Of a stretch of 64,000 bases of DNA, positions 61,438 to 64,000 are shown one piece after another. The position numbers and the translations under genes are program-made. The notes under the pieces were generated by a model, which saw nothing but the letters and a program-made list of their open reading frames with translations, was not told where the DNA came from and made no database searches. How positions within the stretch are numbered: the first letter of the stretch is position 1; the number at the start of each line of letters is the position of its first letter. Where the stretch lies: positions 62,001 through 126,000 of the IMG/VR virus record IMGVR_UViG_3300042922_000542; one strand, 5' to 3'.

Positions 61438-62052
61438 TTATAATAATTTATTTAAACCCCATTGGTGAAAATTATAATTATTAAATGTTCCAGCGAAAAC
61501 GAAAGGTGTACCATCGTTAAAATAACGCAATGTTGCACGTGACACATCAAGATCCGGATATTCTCTTATGAATATTTCAGCCTCGACATCATTTAATCTT
61601 AATGGCTTGTATTTAGCACGTGGAATACGCCTTCTTAATTGACGTGCATTCATTGTTTCATACCCATTAATCTTAAATCGTTTAGCTACAATACGTAAAT
61701 GATCTAGCGTCATATCGTTTAAATGTAGTCTACATAACTGAGCATACAATATTTCTTCAGTAGTTGATGCAATTTCAGACTTAATATTAGAATTATTATT
61801 CATTGTAGTTCCTTCTATGATATCAACTATTGATTCGAGTGTGCGTACAGTATTTTTTATATCTTTAATTAATCGTCGCTCATTATTATGTTCAACTATT
61901 TTATTTAATTCCTTCGTGGTATTATTTAACTCATCACATATATCACGAATTTGCATGATGTTACATTGATAACTATCAGGTTCAAATTGACGTATTTTAT
62001 CCTCATTAGAACCGAATTGACCATATTTGCTGCTCAACACAATTTTTTCCAT
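61438..62052 (-). CDS. Coiled-coil protein with a Rho-N-like helix-extended-helix module
   Basis: MTLDHLRIVAKRFKINGYETMNARQLRRRI matches the Rho termination factor N-terminal domain pattern; SD GGAGGA. Confidence 0.6.
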   Translation of the reverse strand: MEKIVLSSKYGQFGSNEDKIRQFEPDSYQCNIMQIRDICDELNNTTKELNKIVEHNNERRLIKDIKNTVRTLESIVDIIEGTTMNNNSNIKSEIASTTEEILYAQLCRLHLNDMTLDHLRIVAKRFKINGYETMNARQLRRRIPRAKYKPLRLNDVEAEIFIREYPDLDVSRATLRYFNDGTPFVFAGTFNNYNFHQWGLNKLL

Positions 62053-62091
62053 TATTATATATCCTCCATTAATATTTTATCATATAATAAT

Positions 62092-62102
62092 ATAATATAT
62101 AA
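62092..62102 (-). promoter_or_regulatory. TTATATATTAT promoter-like motif
   Basis: Exact minus-strand copy 40 nt before ATG 62052. Confidence 0.6.
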
Positions 62103-62220
62103 CTATATTCGATTTAGGCATGTATTTAAATCAATATAAATATAATAAAATTAATTTGTAATTTTATATTAAAAAAATAATAAATAGGAGTGGGGATCAC
62201 CCCACCCCTATTTATTATAT

Positions 62221-62379
62221 TTACATATCACTTAATAATGCAATTGAGATATTCTCAAGTGCAGATACATCTATTTTGATCTCATTGTTTACTCTGTTGA
62301 TGATCATATTTTTAGGATTAAATCCTTCAAACATAAATTCTAATTCGTCTAACTCTCCAGCTAGTGAATTCAGTTCATC
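62221..62379 (-). CDS. RNA polymerase beta-prime-like subunit, 3' exon (52 aa)
   Basis: Begins GAT GAA CTG AAT (DELN...). Joined to exon 1 it restores NADFDG-DELN, the catalytic DxDGD motif. Confidence 0.85.
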   Translation of the reverse strand, partial: DELNSLAGELDELEFMFEGFNPKNMIINRVNNEIKIDVSALENISIALLSDM

Positions 62380-63225
62380 CGTTCTATTCACATAAGTTCG
62401 CAACACCTATGCAGTTCTCTTATGAACTTCCCTAACTTTCATTAGGATACTAGACTATATCTTTACTCTACTGAATTAGAGTACATCTCGTTTCCCATTA
62501 CTCTACTATCTTGAAAATAGCAGCCTGTCATTGGCTTACAGGGGTACTCCCATTACTGGGATAGTCGTTGAGGCTGATTCATAATATTAATTGAATTTAT
62601 AATAACTCTGGTAAATTATTATATCTTCGTAATTATTCTGGTAAATTACTATCTGCTTCCCCTAGCGATGTCCCATTCTAAATTGTTTACGTTGTTATTG
62701 GTCTTGTTCCCGTCTATATGACGAACACAAATCCATCCTTCTGGATTAGGGATAAATGTTCTGGCTACTAATTGATGAACTCTGATCTTATGTATAACTC
62801 CTTTGTGTTCAAGTATTACATACAAGGAACCATTTCGGTTGCTACATTGGTCTAATGACTTTCCTGTTATCTTGTCCTTTACATCACCATTTGTACTGAC
62901 TCTATATTGGGATCTCTTACCCTGTAGGTATATATCCCTCCATGATGTTTTATTTTTACCCATTAAGCAATTTATCATTTCTATACCCTCATTTATATTT
63001 TTTACCAGATAATATTTAATATTAATATTATGAAGCTTGCCTGCGGATTTGCAATATATCCTTAACATTTTTACTATACCTTAGGAATTACCCCTTGCCA
63101 TTATAACATCACTGTTATTATTTAGTAGTTAAGGCTTTATGCATCCAATTATCAATTTATAATAATCAGATAGAGTTCAAGTAACTCTGGTCCCCGCATA
63201 TATGAGATGATCGGCGACTCATTCC
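62380..63225 (-). mobile_element. Group I intron (subgroup IA, 846 nt) with homing endonuclease ORF
   Basis: 5' exon ends in U and the intron ends in G. P3 63204-09/62484-89; P4 UGCGG/CCGCA 63194-98/63042-46; P7 GACUAU/AUAGUC 62561-66/62453-58; P8; P9 with GAAA loop; an extra segment between P7 and P3 (IA feature). Confidence 0.9.
62649..62978 (-). CDS. Intron-encoded HNH endonuclease (NUMOD4 + HNH, I-HmuI-like), short
   Basis: YRVSTNGDV...RVHQLVARTFIPNP...VRHIDGNKTNNNVNNLEW. ATG 62978 after GAGGG is more likely than the track start 63068, which lies in the intron core. Confidence 0.8.
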   Translation of the reverse strand: MINCLMGKNKTSWRDIYLQGKRSQYRVSTNGDVKDKITGKSLDQCSNRNGSLYVILEHKGVIHKIRVHQLVARTFIPNPEGWICVRHIDGNKTNNNVNNLEWDIARGSR

Positions 63226-64000
63226 ACCGTCAAAATCGGCATTCAGTCCAGGAAGTATACCAGATGGAATTGATAATGTCATATCATCGCTATCAATTTT
63301 GACATTACGAATTTTCATCTTTAATATACTACCAAACGTTATTGTCGGATTTCTATTAATTATTTTCCAAGGCTTATATTTTTTAAGTACTAATTGTATT
63401 ATCGAATATATGTATTCATCATATTGAAATTTAGATTTTAAATAATTATGGGCCTTTGTAATAGTCCATCCCCTATCATTCATTATCTCCCTGATGATTT
63501 TTCCTGAATATAAAACAATAAATGTTTTATATGACACATCAATTTCATCCAATTTGAGTGTCGGGTCTAGTACGATTACATTTCTGCCCGTATAGTTAAA
63601 CTGTCCACCTAATACGTTTGCTCTAGCCCATCCATGTTTACCATCGATGAGTGAGAAATTTAAATTCCATAATTCATTGACTCTTTGCTGAGCAGAGTAT
63701 AAGTATAATGGAACTTCTATAGGTGAAGCTGTTTTAAGATTTAATGTAATTGCTGTTAATGGATGCACGTGCTTGTCAATAGGACTGAAATAATATGATT
63801 CTGTAGTAATTCCCTGTGGACGTAATACTGTGCTATACACAGGTATTTTAGATGTCCATAGAGAATCTTTCTCCGCAATTAATGAATCAATTAAATCAGC
63901 CTTCATTTTTCTCTTCTGTCGATAATATAACATAATTTCTTCAAAGTTTTGATAGAACTCATTCAATCCAATATTATGATATTTTAACATTGATTTTTTA
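63226..64000 (-). CDS. Phage multisubunit RNA polymerase beta-prime-like subunit, 5' exon (partial, open at the right edge)
   Basis: GGQFNYTGRNVIV, IINRNPTI, GLNADFDG. The frame is open upstream of 63990 to the window end. Confidence 0.9.

Noticed and set aside
62380-62406. Start MLRTYVNRT of track ORF 62221..62406
   Set aside because: It lies in intron P9; the real coding part is exon 2 from 62379.
63166-63225. C-terminal GMSRRSSHICGDQSYLNSI of the RNAP ORF
   Set aside because: It is read-through into the intron 5' end, not part of the spliced protein.
1-64000. Stop-codon reassignment
   Set aside because: Conserved genes are full length under code 11, and TAA, TAG and TGA all end genes.
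1-64000. tRNA, tmRNA, rRNA or CRISPR loci
   Set aside because: No cloverleaf or T-loop with acceptor stem, rRNA-like sequence or repeat-spacer array was seen by eye. A tRNAscan or ARAGORN run would be definitive.

Overview
A 64 kb slice of a very AT-rich jumbo phage genome (standard genetic code, dense coding on both strands). It belongs to the phiKZ/AR9-like group that encodes its own multisubunit RNA polymerase. SpoVG, a CD1375/XkdX-like peptide, copper-amine-oxidase-N-like exported proteins and peptidoglycan hydrolases point to a Firmicutes host, probably Clostridia. Recognisable genes: a repeat-built tail fibre, a 2309-aa tape-measure-like protein with three cell-wall hydrolase domains, tubulin/PhuZ beside a BCS1-like AAA ATPase, primase, the N-terminal half of a split family B DNA polymerase, type IIA topoisomerase A and B subunits, NAD-dependent ligase, QueC-like protein, SMC/SbcC ATPase, GroEL-like chaperonin, RusA, and an RNAP beta-prime fragment. 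Items the ORF track misses or mis-assigns: (1) a 1019-codon minus-strand ORF at 1..3059; (2) a U_UUU_UUA -1 frameshift that would add a start-less 61-aa tail to the 609-aa Zn-binding protein at 42566..44532; (3) an 846-nt group IA intron with an HNH ORF that splits the RNAP catalytic motif NADFDG|D; (4) a roughly 550-nt candidate large structured ncRNA at 60.8-61.4 kb; (5) a stand-alone Hint domain lacking splicing residues; (6) a recurring TTATATATTAT promoter-like motif; (7) an exported-protein island with a duplicated leader cassette. All family assignments come from motif recognition by eye; no database search was run.
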